This document shows, in pieces, positions 8,389 through 19,467 of a stretch of DNA of 64,000 nt. Source of the stretch: Gammaproteobacteria bacterium (GTDB lineage: Bacteria; Pseudomonadota; Gammaproteobacteria; Eutrophobiales; Eutrophobiaceae); assembly GCA_965222155.1 (NCBI GenBank), contig CBDCTH010000012.1, positions 2,112,001-2,176,000 on the forward strand, written 5' to 3'. Below the pieces are notes generated by a model. It was not told where the DNA came from and did no database searches. It worked only from the letters and a program-made list of their open reading frames with translations. Each line of letters opens with the position of its first letter. The first letter of the stretch is position 1. A program made the position numbers and the translations under genes.

Positions 8389-10500
8389 ATGACGACCATT
8401 TCTGAACTTGAAAAAAGAATAGGCGGTTACCTCACCTCCGAGGAGGTTGAAAAAGTACGCCGCGCCTATGAGTTCAGCGCTTCAGCTCATGAGGGCCAGC
8501 ACCGCAAGAGCGGCGAGCCTTATATCAGCCATCCCCTGGAAGTAGCCGGCATCCTTGGCGACATGCACATGGACCACCAAACCCTGGCTGCAGCTATTTT
8601 ACACGACGTTATCGAAGATACCAAAACCGATAAAAAAGAAATCGTGCGCCGCTTCGGCAAGGGTATTGCAGAGCTGGTAGACGGCGTCAGTAAACTGGCG
8701 CAGGTTGAATTCGATTCCCATGCGGAAGCCCAGGCCCATAACTTTCGCAAAATGCTGATGGCCATGAGCAATGACATCCGCGTGATCATCGTGAAACTGG
8801 CTGATCGGCTGCATAACATGCGCACCCTGGGCGCCCTCGAGCCGGCCAAGCGCCGGCGCATAGCCAGGGAAACCCTTGAAATCTATGCGCCTATAGCCCA
8901 GCGTCTGGGTATAAACAGTATTCGCCTGGAACTTGAGGATTTGGGCTTTGCAACACTCTATCCAATGCGCCACCGCATCCTGAACGAACAGATCATCAAG
9001 GCCAGGGGACATCGCAAGGAAATCATTGCCAAGATAAAAAACTCAATCAAACGCCGGTTACGCCAGGAAAAAATTCCGGCCAAAGTAATCGGCAGGGAAA
9101 AACACCTTTACGGCATATATCAAAAAATGCTGGAGAAAGATCTTTCCTTCAGCGAGGTATATGATGTTTACGCCTTTCGTATCGTTGTCGATGAAGTAGA
9201 TACCTGTTACCGCGTGGTTGGCACCGTACACAACCTGTACCGCCCTGTTCCGGGAAAATTCAAGGATTACGTGGCCATTCCCAAGTCAAACGGCTACCAG
9301 TCACTGCACACCGTCCTGTTCGGCCCTTACGGCGTGCCCCTGGAAGTGCAAATCAGGACCGCGGACATGAATGACGTCGCCGAAGTCGGTATTGCAGCCC
9401 ATTGGTTGTACAAATCGGGTCCGTCCATTGACCGAACCGGCGCCCATAAACGCGCTCGGGAATGGTTGCAACACATCATGGAAATGCAAACCGCGGCGGG
9501 CAATCCGCAGGACTTCCTGGAACACGTTAAAATCGATTTGTTCCCTGAATCCGTTTATGCATTCACGCCCAAAGGAGATATCTTTGAACTGCAAAAAAGC
9601 GCCACAGCTGTAGACTTTGCTTACGCGATCCACACTGACGTGGGCAACAGTTGCGTGGGGGTCAGGATTGACCGACGCCTGGCGCCGTTGAGCACCCTTC
9701 TTGCCACGGGACAGACTATTGAAGTCATTACCGCGCCGGGCGCAAAACCCGACCCTGCCTGGCTGAATTTTGCCGTTACGGCAAAGGCCAGGGCAAATAT
9801 CAGGCACTTTCTCAAAAATCTCCGCACGAGTGAAGCGCGGGCGCTGGGTAAACGCCTGCTCGTCAGGGAGCTCAAGATGTACTCGACCGGTTATGATGAA
9901 ATCAAATCTCCCCAATGGAACAAGCTGGTGAAAGAGTTCAACCTGGATAACCAGAACGAATTACTCCAGGAAGTAGGGTTGGGTAACAGGATTGCCGCCA
10001 TAGTTGCCAGGCAACTGATTGAGAAACCGGTACGGACAAAAAAGAAAACCAGTAGAAACAGCGCGCCATTGACCATAAGAGGCACCGAGGGCATGGTAGT
10101 CAACTTCCCCAAGTGCTGCCGACCTATACCAGGTGATTCTATTCTCGGGTTTGTAACGACCGGCCGCGGTATTGTCGTGCATCACCAGACCTGCCCGAAC
10201 GTGACGGAATTCAGGAATCACCCGGACAAATGGCTTGATGTCGCCTGGGAAGAGCAGATTGTCAACAGCTTTCCGACAAATATCAGGGTGGACGTAACCA
10301 ACCAGCGCGGTGTATTAGCCAAGATCGCAACCGAAATAGCCGCAAGTAACGCCAATATCATCAGTGTGGAAATGAACGACAAGGATGATCGCTATACAAC
10401 CTTAAAGTTCGTTGTGGAAGTCTCTAACCGACTGCATTTAGCCAACATTATCAGACGGATCAGGAACATTCCCCACGTATCCAGGATCAGCAGAAGATAA
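8389..10500 (+). CDS. spoT: Bifunctional (p)ppGpp synthetase/hydrolase SpoT
   Basis: Intact HD motif (LHDVIED), KLADRLHNMRT, NGYQSLHT, TGS and ACT domains; gmk-rpoZ-spoT order. Confidence 0.97.
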   Translation: MTTISELEKRIGGYLTSEEVEKVRRAYEFSASAHEGQHRKSGEPYISHPLEVAGILGDMHMDHQTLAAAILHDVIEDTKTDKKEIVRRFGKGIAELVDGVSKLAQVEFDSHAEAQAHNFRKMLMAMSNDIRVIIVKLADRLHNMRTLGALEPAKRRRIARETLEIYAPIAQRLGINSIRLELEDLGFATLYPMRHRILNEQIIKARGHRKEIIAKIKNSIKRRLRQEKIPAKVIGREKHLYGIYQKMLEKDLSFSEVYDVYAFRIVVDEVDTCYRVVGTVHNLYRPVPGKFKDYVAIPKSNGYQSLHTVLFGPYGVPLEVQIRTADMNDVAEVGIAAHWLYKSGPSIDRTGAHKRAREWLQHIMEMQTAAGNPQDFLEHVKIDLFPESVYAFTPKGDIFELQKSATAVDFAYAIHTDVGNSCVGVRIDRRLAPLSTLLATGQTIEVITAPGAKPDPAWLNFAVTAKARANIRHFLKNLRTSEARALGKRLLVRELKMYSTGYDEIKSPQWNKLVKEFNLDNQNELLQEVGLGNRIAAIVARQLIEKPVRTKKKTSRNSAPLTIRGTEGMVVNFPKCCRPIPGDSILGFVTTGRGIVVHHQTCPNVTEFRNHPDKWLDVAWEEQIVNSFPTNIRVDVTNQRGVLAKIATEIAASNANIISVEMNDKDDRYTTLKFVVEVSNRLHLANIIRRIRNIPHVSRISRR

Positions 10501-10539
10501 GCATTCCGGCTCGTGGGATCCGAACAACTCCCAACTTTA

Positions 10540-10780
10540 GCCCGCATATCTCATCAATGGATGCGATGATCGCACCGGATTTTTGCGGCTGGCAGGCACC
10601 TGCGACCGAAAGCATAGTAGTGGCTATGGTTGAGGAAGCACGTGCCTGCCAGCCGCAAAAAGACAAGCGAGGGCGCATCCAGCGCAGTATGTAATAGCAA
10701 CCAAATGATGTGCTCCTGAGAAATTATTGACAGCAAAATGCCCTCCGTTGACGACAAGCGAATTGGTGAGATATGCGGGC
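10540..10780 (+). mobile_element. 241-bp MITE, copy 1, in the 5' end of recG
   Basis: Terminal inverted repeats gcccgcatatctca/tgagatatgcgggc; perfect 20-bp internal stem 10580-10599/10642-10661; homologous, same-length copy at 57012-57252. Confidence 0.9.
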
Positions 10781-12855
10781 TTACCGCTCCCGTTAATACC
10801 TTGAAAGGGGTAGGCCCACGGATCGGCGAACGCTTGCAACACCTGGGCATCCGTCAAATCCAGGACTTGTTGTTTCACCTGCCCCATCGATATATCGACC
10901 GTACCCGGCTTATCCCCATCGGCAGCCTGAGGCCGGGCGACAGCGCCCTGTTCCAGGGTACGGTTGAACTGGTCCAGGTACTGACCGGTCGGCGCCGCAG
11001 TCTGCTCTGCCGTATCAGTGACGGGACGGGCGCCATAACCCTGAGGTTCTTTCATTTCTCCTGGGCACAGCAGACCAACCTGAAACAAGGTATGACCTTG
11101 CGTTGCTGGGGCCAGATAAGAAATATCAATCATTCCCTGGAGATAGTCCATCCCGAATACCAGCGGATTGATGCGGATGAAGATGCCGACCTGGAGCAAA
11201 CCCTGACGCCGGTATATCCACTGACCCAGGGAATTTCCCAGTTCAAGCTGCGTAACCTGACCGGGCAGGCCCTGGATGCCCTGTCCAGGGACAAGACCGG
11301 CTTGACGGAGTTGCTGCCGGACGGGATATTGAAACACAAGCCGCTGTTCAACCTCGGACAGGCGGTGAGGTATGTCCACAGGCCGCCGCAGGATGCCGAC
11401 TTAAGTCGCCTGATGGACGGTAATCATCCGGCCCAGCAACGCCTGGCATTCGAAGAGTTACTGGCGCACCACTTGAGTCTGCGCCTGATCAGGAAAACGC
11501 TGCAGGCGCGGGCGGCATTTGCCATCGACAAAGGCTCAGGTGGCAAGGTCAAGGCATTCCTGGATAATCTCCCATTCGAACTGACCCATGCCCAGAAGCG
11601 GGTCCTGGGCGAAATCCGGAAAGACTTATTGCAGCCTCAGCCGATGCTCCGTCTTGTCCAGGGAGACGTCGGCTCGGGTAAAACCGTAGTAGCCGCTATT
11701 GCCGCCCTGCAGGTAATCCACTCCGGTTATCAGGTTGCCCTGATGGCCCCCACGGAAATTCTTGCGGATCAGCATTATTTCAATATCAAACAATGGTTTT
11801 CATCTATTGGCATCCCGGTACTGCTGTTGACCGGGAAACAATCACGCAGCGAAAAAGAGGACGTGTTGACGCTGCTGAACTCGGCGCAACCGACGGTTGT
11901 TGTCGGCACCCACGCGCTGTTCCAGGACCAGGTTGCTTTCGCTAACGTGGGCTTGATTATTATTGACGAACAACACCGCTTCGGTGTTGACCAGCGGCTT
12001 GCCCTGCTGGAAAAAGGCATGGAAAAAACCCGGCAGCCGCACCAGTTGATCATGACTGCAACACCTATTCCCAGGACCCTGGCCATGACGCTGTTTGCAG
12101 ACCTGGATATTTCCGTCATCGACCAGCTTCCTCCCGGGCGACAGCCGATCAAGACAACGGTGATCTCGAATGAAAAAAGGGAAGAAGTCATCGAACGTAT
12201 CCATGAAATCTGCAAACAGGGACGCCAGGCTTACTGGGTATGCACCCTGATTGAAAATTCGGATACACTGCAATTGCAAGCGGCGGAAGACATCCAGCAA
12301 CAGCTGGCCGGGCAATTGGGTGGGTTAAATATCGGTCTTATCCACGGCAGGATGAAGAACTCGGAGAAGGAGTCGGTGATGGATGATTTCAAAGCCGGGC
12401 GGATAGACCTGCTGGTTGCGACGACCGTCATTGAGGTGGGCGTTGACGTCACTAACGCCAGCCTGATGATCATTGAGAATGCCGAGCGGCTGGGACTATC
12501 CCAACTGCACCAGTTGCGCGGCAGGGTTGGCCGGGGATCCCAGGCAAGTGATTGTGTCCTGCTCTACCAGACACCCTTATCGGAGAACGCCCGGGTGAGA
12601 TTGAACAGGATGCGGGAAACCAGTGACGGTTTCGCCATCGCGAAGAGTGACCTGGAGCTGCGCGGACCCGGGGAAATACTGGGGAAAAAACAGACTGGCG
12701 TACCGGAACTGCACATCGCTGATTTCGTGCGCGATGCACACCTGATACCGCGGGTACAACAAACTGCCGATTTTATCCTGGCACAATGCCCCCGGCAGGT
12801 GAATAAACTGATATCGAGATGGCTGAGTACAAAAATCGAATTCGGCAAAGTTTGA
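10738..12855 (+). CDS. recG: ATP-dependent DNA helicase RecG
   Basis: LKGVGP, QGDVGSGKT, DEQHRFG, MTATPIPRT, QLRGRVGRG motifs; first ~14 codons derive from the MITE. Confidence 0.96.
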   Translation: MPSVDDKRIGEICGLTAPVNTLKGVGPRIGERLQHLGIRQIQDLLFHLPHRYIDRTRLIPIGSLRPGDSALFQGTVELVQVLTGRRRSLLCRISDGTGAITLRFFHFSWAQQTNLKQGMTLRCWGQIRNINHSLEIVHPEYQRIDADEDADLEQTLTPVYPLTQGISQFKLRNLTGQALDALSRDKTGLTELLPDGILKHKPLFNLGQAVRYVHRPPQDADLSRLMDGNHPAQQRLAFEELLAHHLSLRLIRKTLQARAAFAIDKGSGGKVKAFLDNLPFELTHAQKRVLGEIRKDLLQPQPMLRLVQGDVGSGKTVVAAIAALQVIHSGYQVALMAPTEILADQHYFNIKQWFSSIGIPVLLLTGKQSRSEKEDVLTLLNSAQPTVVVGTHALFQDQVAFANVGLIIIDEQHRFGVDQRLALLEKGMEKTRQPHQLIMTATPIPRTLAMTLFADLDISVIDQLPPGRQPIKTTVISNEKREEVIERIHEICKQGRQAYWVCTLIENSDTLQLQAAEDIQQQLAGQLGGLNIGLIHGRMKNSEKESVMDDFKAGRIDLLVATTVIEVGVDVTNASLMIIENAERLGLSQLHQLRGRVGRGSQASDCVLLYQTPLSENARVRLNRMRETSDGFAIAKSDLELRGPGEILGKKQTGVPELHIADFVRDAHLIPRVQQTADFILAQCPRQVNKLISRWLSTKIEFGKV

Positions 12856-13721
12856 CGGAGTGGTGGAACACAGTAAAGGTAAAGTCTGCGCTTCACGCTG
12901 ACCTGATCCGGCTGGATAAACCCATCGGCTGGCTGTTGCTGTTATGGCCTACCCTGTGGGCCTTATGGCTTGCCAATGAAGGCATACCATCCCTGCATTT
13001 GCTGGTGGTGTTCGTTATTGGGGTATTTCTCACCCGCTCAGCCGGGGCCGTCGTGAATGACCTGGTGGACAGGGATTTTGACTCATTTGTCGAGCGCACA
13101 AAAAATCGTCCCATTGCTACCGGGAAGGTTTCGGTAACAGAGGCCTGTGGGGTCATTGCCGCTTTGACGTTCTGCGCTTTCCTGCTGGTATTGACGACCA
13201 ATCGTCTGACCGTGCAATTATCAATCTTTGCCGTCTGCATCACCCTGCTCTATCCCTTCATGAAACGCTATACCTATCTGCCGCAGGTTTTTCTCGGATT
13301 TGCCTTCAGTTGGGGCATCCCCATGGCGTTTGCCGCCTCTACCAATGCCGTGCCGGCCGGCGCCTGGTTGATCTTTGCCGCGAACATGCTGTGGGTATTA
13401 ATCTACGACACGATATACGCTATGGTAGACCGGGAAGATGACTTGCGGATTGGGCTTAAATCCACTGCTATCCTGCTGGACGACGCCGATCGCCTCATTA
13501 TCGGCCTCATCCAGGTCATGTTTATCGCGGCCCTGTACAGTGTCGGTCGTCAGGCGGGACTGGATACGGCTTATTATGTCGCCCTCGTGTTCGCCGGGGC
13601 CCTCCTGGGATACCAGCAATATCTGATTTACGACCGGACTCCGGCGAACTGTTTCAAGGCATTTCTCAATAACAACTGGGTGGGCCTGATTATTTTCTCA
13701 GGTATCGCATTGAGCTTATAA
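12819..13721 (+). CDS. ubiA: 4-hydroxybenzoate polyprenyltransferase
   Basis: RLDKPIGWLLLLWP, NDLVDRDFD, YDTIYAMVDREDD motifs; true start probably later than 12819. Confidence 0.95.
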   Translation: MAEYKNRIRQSLTEWWNTVKVKSALHADLIRLDKPIGWLLLLWPTLWALWLANEGIPSLHLLVVFVIGVFLTRSAGAVVNDLVDRDFDSFVERTKNRPIATGKVSVTEACGVIAALTFCAFLLVLTTNRLTVQLSIFAVCITLLYPFMKRYTYLPQVFLGFAFSWGIPMAFAASTNAVPAGAWLIFAANMLWVLIYDTIYAMVDREDDLRIGLKSTAILLDDADRLIIGLIQVMFIAALYSVGRQAGLDTAYYVALVFAGALLGYQQYLIYDRTPANCFKAFLNNNWVGLIIFSGIALSL

Positions 13722-13946
13722 TCAACGGCGCGCCGGCACCAGGACCTGTCGGGGCTGGTAGCGCTCGGATACACTCTTTAATTCCGGCAGGCTGGTCAAT
13801 TTATCAACTTTTATCAGCGTCGTTGTCCCGGCAGGAATTTTAATCGCCGGCCGGCTGTTGGCAACGAGAGCTTTCGTCTCGCGATCAAGCTCCCAGCCCA
13901 GGTATATAACGTTGCCGACAAGCAGTAACAGAGTCAACCATCTCAT
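13722..13946 (-). pseudogene. Probable truncated SPOR-domain membrane protein (N-terminal anchor only)
   Basis: MRWLTLLLLVGNVIYLGW resembles the N-terminus of the SPOR proteins commonly found after coaX; only 74 aa, no SPOR domain. Confidence 0.5.
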
Positions 13947-14088
13947 ATTCGTCATTATATCGTTTGCGCGCGCCCCATTGCCACATCCTTTACGAGCTGG
14001 ATAAAAAACTTGCATGGCAACATGCTTGCAGGTGCGCGCCTTGTCAGGACCCCTGCGCGATAATGGTACCGGCCAAGCTTATGTATTT

Positions 14089-14826
14089 TCAATGTGAAAT
14101 CAGATTAAGACCCTCCAGGACAAGATGAGGTTCATGGTAATATTGGCCGGGCAGCAGGGGCAGTGCCTGTTCCGCTCCTCCCCCGGTGACGATGAATAAC
14201 AGTTCGGCGCCCTGTTCTTCCCTGATTTTCCTGGCGCAGCGCTCTACCAGACCCGCGAGCGCAAACGCAAATCCATTGCGGATACAGGCCGCAGTTGAAC
14301 GACCGAATTCCAGTTGCGCAGCCGTTTCATGATGCACTTGAATTCCATGGGTTTCCCGTACCAGGGCGGCGCTCATCAGTGGCATACCGGGAAGAATAAA
14401 ACCTCCGGCATGCCGGCCGTCTGCCAGGATGACATCAACCGTAAGCGCGGTGCCGCAGTCAATCACGCATACGGGCTTGTTATACCTGTTCCAGGCTGCC
14501 AGCATCGCCAGCCAGCGGTCCACACCCATAGCCGTTACATCGTCATAGGCGTTTGTCAAGCCTGCCCGTTCCTTTTCGGCAACAGCCTGTTGTGGTTCCA
14601 GAGACCAGTACGCCCGGATATACTCCCGGACTTTAGCGGTCGTTTCGGCGTCAACCACACTGGCGATATATACGTGTTTCGGCTGTACCAACGTACTCCA
14701 TTTTCGCACCAGCTGGTCAGGAAGCGTGTCCTGTGTGTAACTGAAACCATCATGGTCGAAAAGGGATTTATTATCCGCACAGGCCCATTTGACCCGGGTA
14801 TTACCAATATCGACGAGTAAATTCAA
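14089..14826 (-). CDS. coaX: Type III pantothenate kinase
   Basis: LLVDIGNTRVKW, MGVDRW, IDCGTALT, TGGGA, LVLEGL motifs. Confidence 0.96.
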   Translation of the reverse strand: MNLLVDIGNTRVKWACADNKSLFDHDGFSYTQDTLPDQLVRKWSTLVQPKHVYIASVVDAETTAKVREYIRAYWSLEPQQAVAEKERAGLTNAYDDVTAMGVDRWLAMLAAWNRYNKPVCVIDCGTALTVDVILADGRHAGGFILPGMPLMSAALVRETHGIQVHHETAAQLEFGRSTAACIRNGFAFALAGLVERCARKIREEQGAELLFIVTGGGAEQALPLLPGQYYHEPHLVLEGLNLISH

Positions 14827-15791
14827 TCTACTGCCCTTACACGAAGTTCACCGCTGCTGAATTTACTGGTTCCTTTTGAGGTCTGCAACAACAACTGGCC
14901 GTTATCATCCACGCCCCTGACCCGGCCGTGCAATACCTGACCTGGTATGAGCAATTCCACCCGCCTGCCTGAAAGATAGTCCAGGCTACGCCATTCTGCC
15001 ACGTATTCTCCCATACTGCCGGCAGCTACACGATTTAGCATCAAATACTGCTCAGCAATGATCTTAGCCGCCAGTCTGTTCCTTGAAGGCAGGATTTGAT
15101 GATGACACGCCAGATCGGTAACCGGTTGGTCAAGATTGCATTTTAATTCATCCGTCAGACTGATATTGATGCCGATACCGATTACCACGTCACAGGAGGC
15201 CGCGGTTTCACTCCGTGCTTCCAGCAGGATACCGCCCAATTTTTTATCGGCACAAATAAGGTCGTTGGGCCACTTAAGAAAAACCCCTTCTATATCCAGC
15301 CCGTTCAATGCCCGCACTACTGCTACTCCTGAAGCCAGGGACAGGGCATTCAGTGACGCCGGCGCCATGGCAAAATGCCAGCCCAGTGACAGGTACAGAC
15401 CCCGCGCAAACGGGGATACCCAGGTTCTTCCGCGGCGTCCCTTACCACCGTGCTGGCTTTCTGCAAGGACTATGCGATGATGCAGATCAGGTTGACCGAA
15501 GCGTTCAGTAAGACACTTGTTGGTTGATTCAGCTTCAAACAGGACGTCAATCCGACAGCCGCATGCTGACTGTCCCAGTTCGCTGACTATTTCAGCCTCG
15601 TCCAGCAGGTCAATCTCATCCTGCAGGCGGTAGCCCTTGCCATGCCGCGCATCTATAACCAACCCGAAATTCCGGAGTTGTTTGATCTCCTTCCAGACAA
15701 CCGTACGACTCACGCCCAACTGAGCTGACAACCTGCTGCCGGAATGATACTCGTTATCCAAAAGACAGCTTAATAACTTTTTTTTATTCAC
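14823..15791 (-). CDS. birA: Biotin-[acetyl-CoA carboxylase] ligase/repressor BirA
   Basis: N-terminal HTH (SGSRLSAQLGVSRTVVWK), GKGRRGRTW, KWPND, KLGGIL; GTG start at 15791 overlaps the upstream stop. Confidence 0.95.
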   Translation of the reverse strand: MNKKKLLSCLLDNEYHSGSRLSAQLGVSRTVVWKEIKQLRNFGLVIDARHGKGYRLQDEIDLLDEAEIVSELGQSACGCRIDVLFEAESTNKCLTERFGQPDLHHRIVLAESQHGGKGRRGRTWVSPFARGLYLSLGWHFAMAPASLNALSLASGVAVVRALNGLDIEGVFLKWPNDLICADKKLGGILLEARSETAASCDVVIGIGINISLTDELKCNLDQPVTDLACHHQILPSRNRLAAKIIAEQYLMLNRVAAGSMGEYVAEWRSLDYLSGRRVELLIPGQVLHGRVRGVDDNGQLLLQTSKGTSKFSSGELRVRAVD

Positions 15792-16614
15792 CGGCTTCAA
15801 CAGGCCGACCCGGGTCTGAGCACCATTCACTCCATGAACCGGCATATAATCCGGGCAGCGGGTATCCGGCGTGGACCGCCGCCAACAGGTTATGACAGGC
15901 TGAAACACCGGAGCCGCAGTAAAACACGACATCTTCCGCTCGGGTACCCGTATACACCTTGCGGAAAGCCTGCCTCAGACGGTCCGGAGTTAAAAATCTT
16001 CCTTTATCATCCAGGTTGTTTTTCCAGAAATGATTTACCGCTCCGGGAATGTGTCCGGCTACCGAATCTATAGGTTCTGTTTTGCCTGAATACCTGTCGG
16101 GTTCACGTGAATCAATCAGCCGGGATACAGTTGCTACTTCGTTCACCCTGACCAGGGCCGCGCTATTGAGCGCTGCCTTGAAATTTCCTGCAACGGCTTG
16201 TTTCTCATTGTTCTCCAGATTATAACCGGCTTGTTTCCAGGCGTTCAGGCCTCCATCCAGAACCGCTACCCGGCCATGGCCGGCATAGTTCAACAGCCAC
16301 CACAGGCGCGCGGCGAATGTTCCGCCGGAATTGTCATAGGCCACCACCTGTTTGTGATTGGCAATCCCCATTGCAGAAAATTTTTTTTCCAATGCCTCCC
16401 GGGAAGGTACGGGATGTCTTCCGCAATCGGTAACGGGCTCACTGCTGAGGTCTCTGTGCAGGCTGGCATAAACGGCCCCGGGTATATGTCCTGCCAGGTA
16501 GGATTGGTAACCTGCATCTTTATCCATCAGGTCATACTGGCAGTCCACAAATGTCCAGTCAGGCTCGGCGAGATGCTCGTAAACGGTTTGCGCTTCAATT
16601 AACGTATTGTACAT
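15784..16614 (-). CDS. sseA: Tandem-rhodanese sulfurtransferase (SseA/3-mercaptopyruvate type)
   Basis: GHIPGA twice, GRHP, ARLWW, CGSGVSA active site, YAGSWSEW. Confidence 0.9.
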   Translation of the reverse strand: MYNTLIEAQTVYEHLAEPDWTFVDCQYDLMDKDAGYQSYLAGHIPGAVYASLHRDLSSEPVTDCGRHPVPSREALEKKFSAMGIANHKQVVAYDNSGGTFAARLWWLLNYAGHGRVAVLDGGLNAWKQAGYNLENNEKQAVAGNFKAALNSAALVRVNEVATVSRLIDSREPDRYSGKTEPIDSVAGHIPGAVNHFWKNNLDDKGRFLTPDRLRQAFRKVYTGTRAEDVVFYCGSGVSACHNLLAAVHAGYPLPGLYAGSWSEWCSDPGRPVEAGE

Positions 16615-16691
16615 GTTTGAATGTTACTTATAATGAATTCAATAATAACCTTAGCAGCTCCCGCGAACCAGGTTTTGGGGCTGTTTTTCCG

Positions 16692-17498
16692 ATGCAAAGT
16701 AAAATGTATCACAATATTACGGATATTATGCCGCCCGGCAAGAAAGTTCGGTGCGCGTTGGCGATGTTACTGGTCTTTATATTCCTGCCCGGTTTGAATA
16801 TGAACATCCAGGCTCTGGATTTCAGGCAGGTTATACATCCGACCGATAGTTACTCGCTGAATGAGGCGACTCCGGGAATAAATGAACAGGTCAGACTTGT
16901 CCGCGGTGTTATCCTGATTGCCAAAAAGTCCATGACGGACCCCAATTTTGCCAAAACGGTGCTGTTGATTACGCAATATGATGAAACCGGAACCATTGGG
17001 CTTGTCCTGAATCGTCCCCTGGATAAACCGGCTGTTGAAATCCTCCCTCAATTGCAGGAATTGGTCCTGGATTCACTCAACCTTTACCTGGGAGGACCGG
17101 TAAGGCTGAACAGTCTGCGCCTCCTGGTACAAACCGAGATGAACCTTGGAGAATCCTATCACGTTGTTGACAACGTCTTTCAAATCACGGACCTGCAGGG
17201 CGTACAGCACCTGCTGGAACGAATGAAGGGAGAGTTTCGCACTCGTCTTTATGCAGGTTACGCCGGCTGGCACCCGGGACAACTGGAGCAGGAACTCCTG
17301 CGTGGAGACTGGCATTTGTCCAGGGTGGATACTGCCCTGATATTCACGGATGATCCTGTATCCTTATGGGAGCAATTGATAGATCAAATGGAAATGCAAT
17401 GGGTGAGCCGGAATCAGAAAAAGACACTTACGGAACTTAACACTTCTTTTATATTAATTAGTAATATAAATAGCATTACTTATTATGGATTGGAATAA
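16692..17498 (+). CDS. YqgE/AlgH (UPF0301) family protein with hydrophobic N-terminal extension
   Basis: DPNFAKTVLL, GLVLNRP, GGPV, GYAGWHPGQLEQEL motifs; start uncertain. Confidence 0.85.
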   Translation: MQSKMYHNITDIMPPGKKVRCALAMLLVFIFLPGLNMNIQALDFRQVIHPTDSYSLNEATPGINEQVRLVRGVILIAKKSMTDPNFAKTVLLITQYDETGTIGLVLNRPLDKPAVEILPQLQELVLDSLNLYLGGPVRLNSLRLLVQTEMNLGESYHVVDNVFQITDLQGVQHLLERMKGEFRTRLYAGYAGWHPGQLEQELLRGDWHLSRVDTALIFTDDPVSLWEQLIDQMEMQWVSRNQKKTLTELNTSFILISNINSITYYGLE

Positions 17499-17570
17499 GT
17501 ATTGTTGTTAAAATTCCATTTTTACAGTCTGATTTACCTGTTCCTAGAATCACTATTATCAAGATTACAC

Positions 17571-18302
17571 ATGACAATCGAAACATTTGACATTGAAGCT
17601 CATGCCGAAGTCTACCAGGACAAAGGCCCGGACGAGGTCTTGCGCTTTGCCTTCCGGAATTTTGACAACATTGCTATTTCCTTCAGCGGAGCGGAGGACG
17701 TTGTGCTCATAGATATGGCCAGCCGGATAAATCCGGACCTCCAGGTATTTTCTCTGGATACGGGTCGTCTGCATATCGAAACCTACCGTTTTTTGGATCA
17801 GGTCAGGGAGCATTACAATATCAAGCTGGAGGTGTTGTCACCGGATAACGTACAACTGGAAAAATTGGTCAGGGAAAAAGGATTGTACAGTTTCTACAAG
17901 GACGGGCATAAGGAGTGCTGTGCTGTTCGTAAAATCACCCCGTTAAGACGGAAACTGCACACGCTGGATGCCTGGGTTACCGGTCAGAGGAAAGACCAGA
18001 GTCCCACCAGGACAAATGTTCGCACAATGGAGGCCGATACGGCATTCTCGACCGCCGAACATCCGTTGTATAAATTCAATCCCCTGTCAAACTGGACTTC
18101 CGAACAGGTCTGGAGCTATATCCGAACGAACGACGTACCCTATAATGAGTTGCATAGCAGGGGTTACATCAGCATTGGCTGTGAACCCTGTACCCGTCAG
18201 GTATTGCCCAACCAGCATGAACGAGAAGGCCGCTGGTGGTGGGAAGAGGAAACCAAGAAGGAATGCGGTCTGCACGCAGGAAATATCGGCAGCAACGGCT
18301 GA
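17571..18302 (+). CDS. cysH: Adenosine-5'-phosphosulfate reductase (CysH, Fe-S type)
   Basis: [31 protein letters not shown] motifs. Confidence 0.95.
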   Translation: MTIETFDIEAHAEVYQDKGPDEVLRFAFRNFDNIAISFSGAEDVVLIDMASRINPDLQVFSLDTGRLHIETYRFLDQVREHYNIKLEVLSPDNVQLEKLVREKGLYSFYKDGHKECCAVRKITPLRRKLHTLDAWVTGQRKDQSPTRTNVRTMEADTAFSTAEHPLYKFNPLSNWTSEQVWSYIRTNDVPYNELHSRGYISIGCEPCTRQVLPNQHEREGRWWWEEETKKECGLHAGNIGSNG

Positions 18303-18360
18303 CCCGATACGAGCCGATTAAAATACGCCAAAAAGGGACAGCCGGCGAAGTCGCAGAAAC

Positions 18361-19395
<1,035 letters not shown>

Positions 19396-19467
19396 TCACT
19401 TTTAAGTATATATGTTTACGATTAGAGTACTACTCTTTTTTGAATCAGATTATTTTCGTTTCTTATC

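Noticed and set aside
10624-11379. 251-aa minus-strand ORF and the many similar antisense ORFs in the track
   Set aside because: They shadow well-supported genes (here recG) and carry no recognisable motifs.
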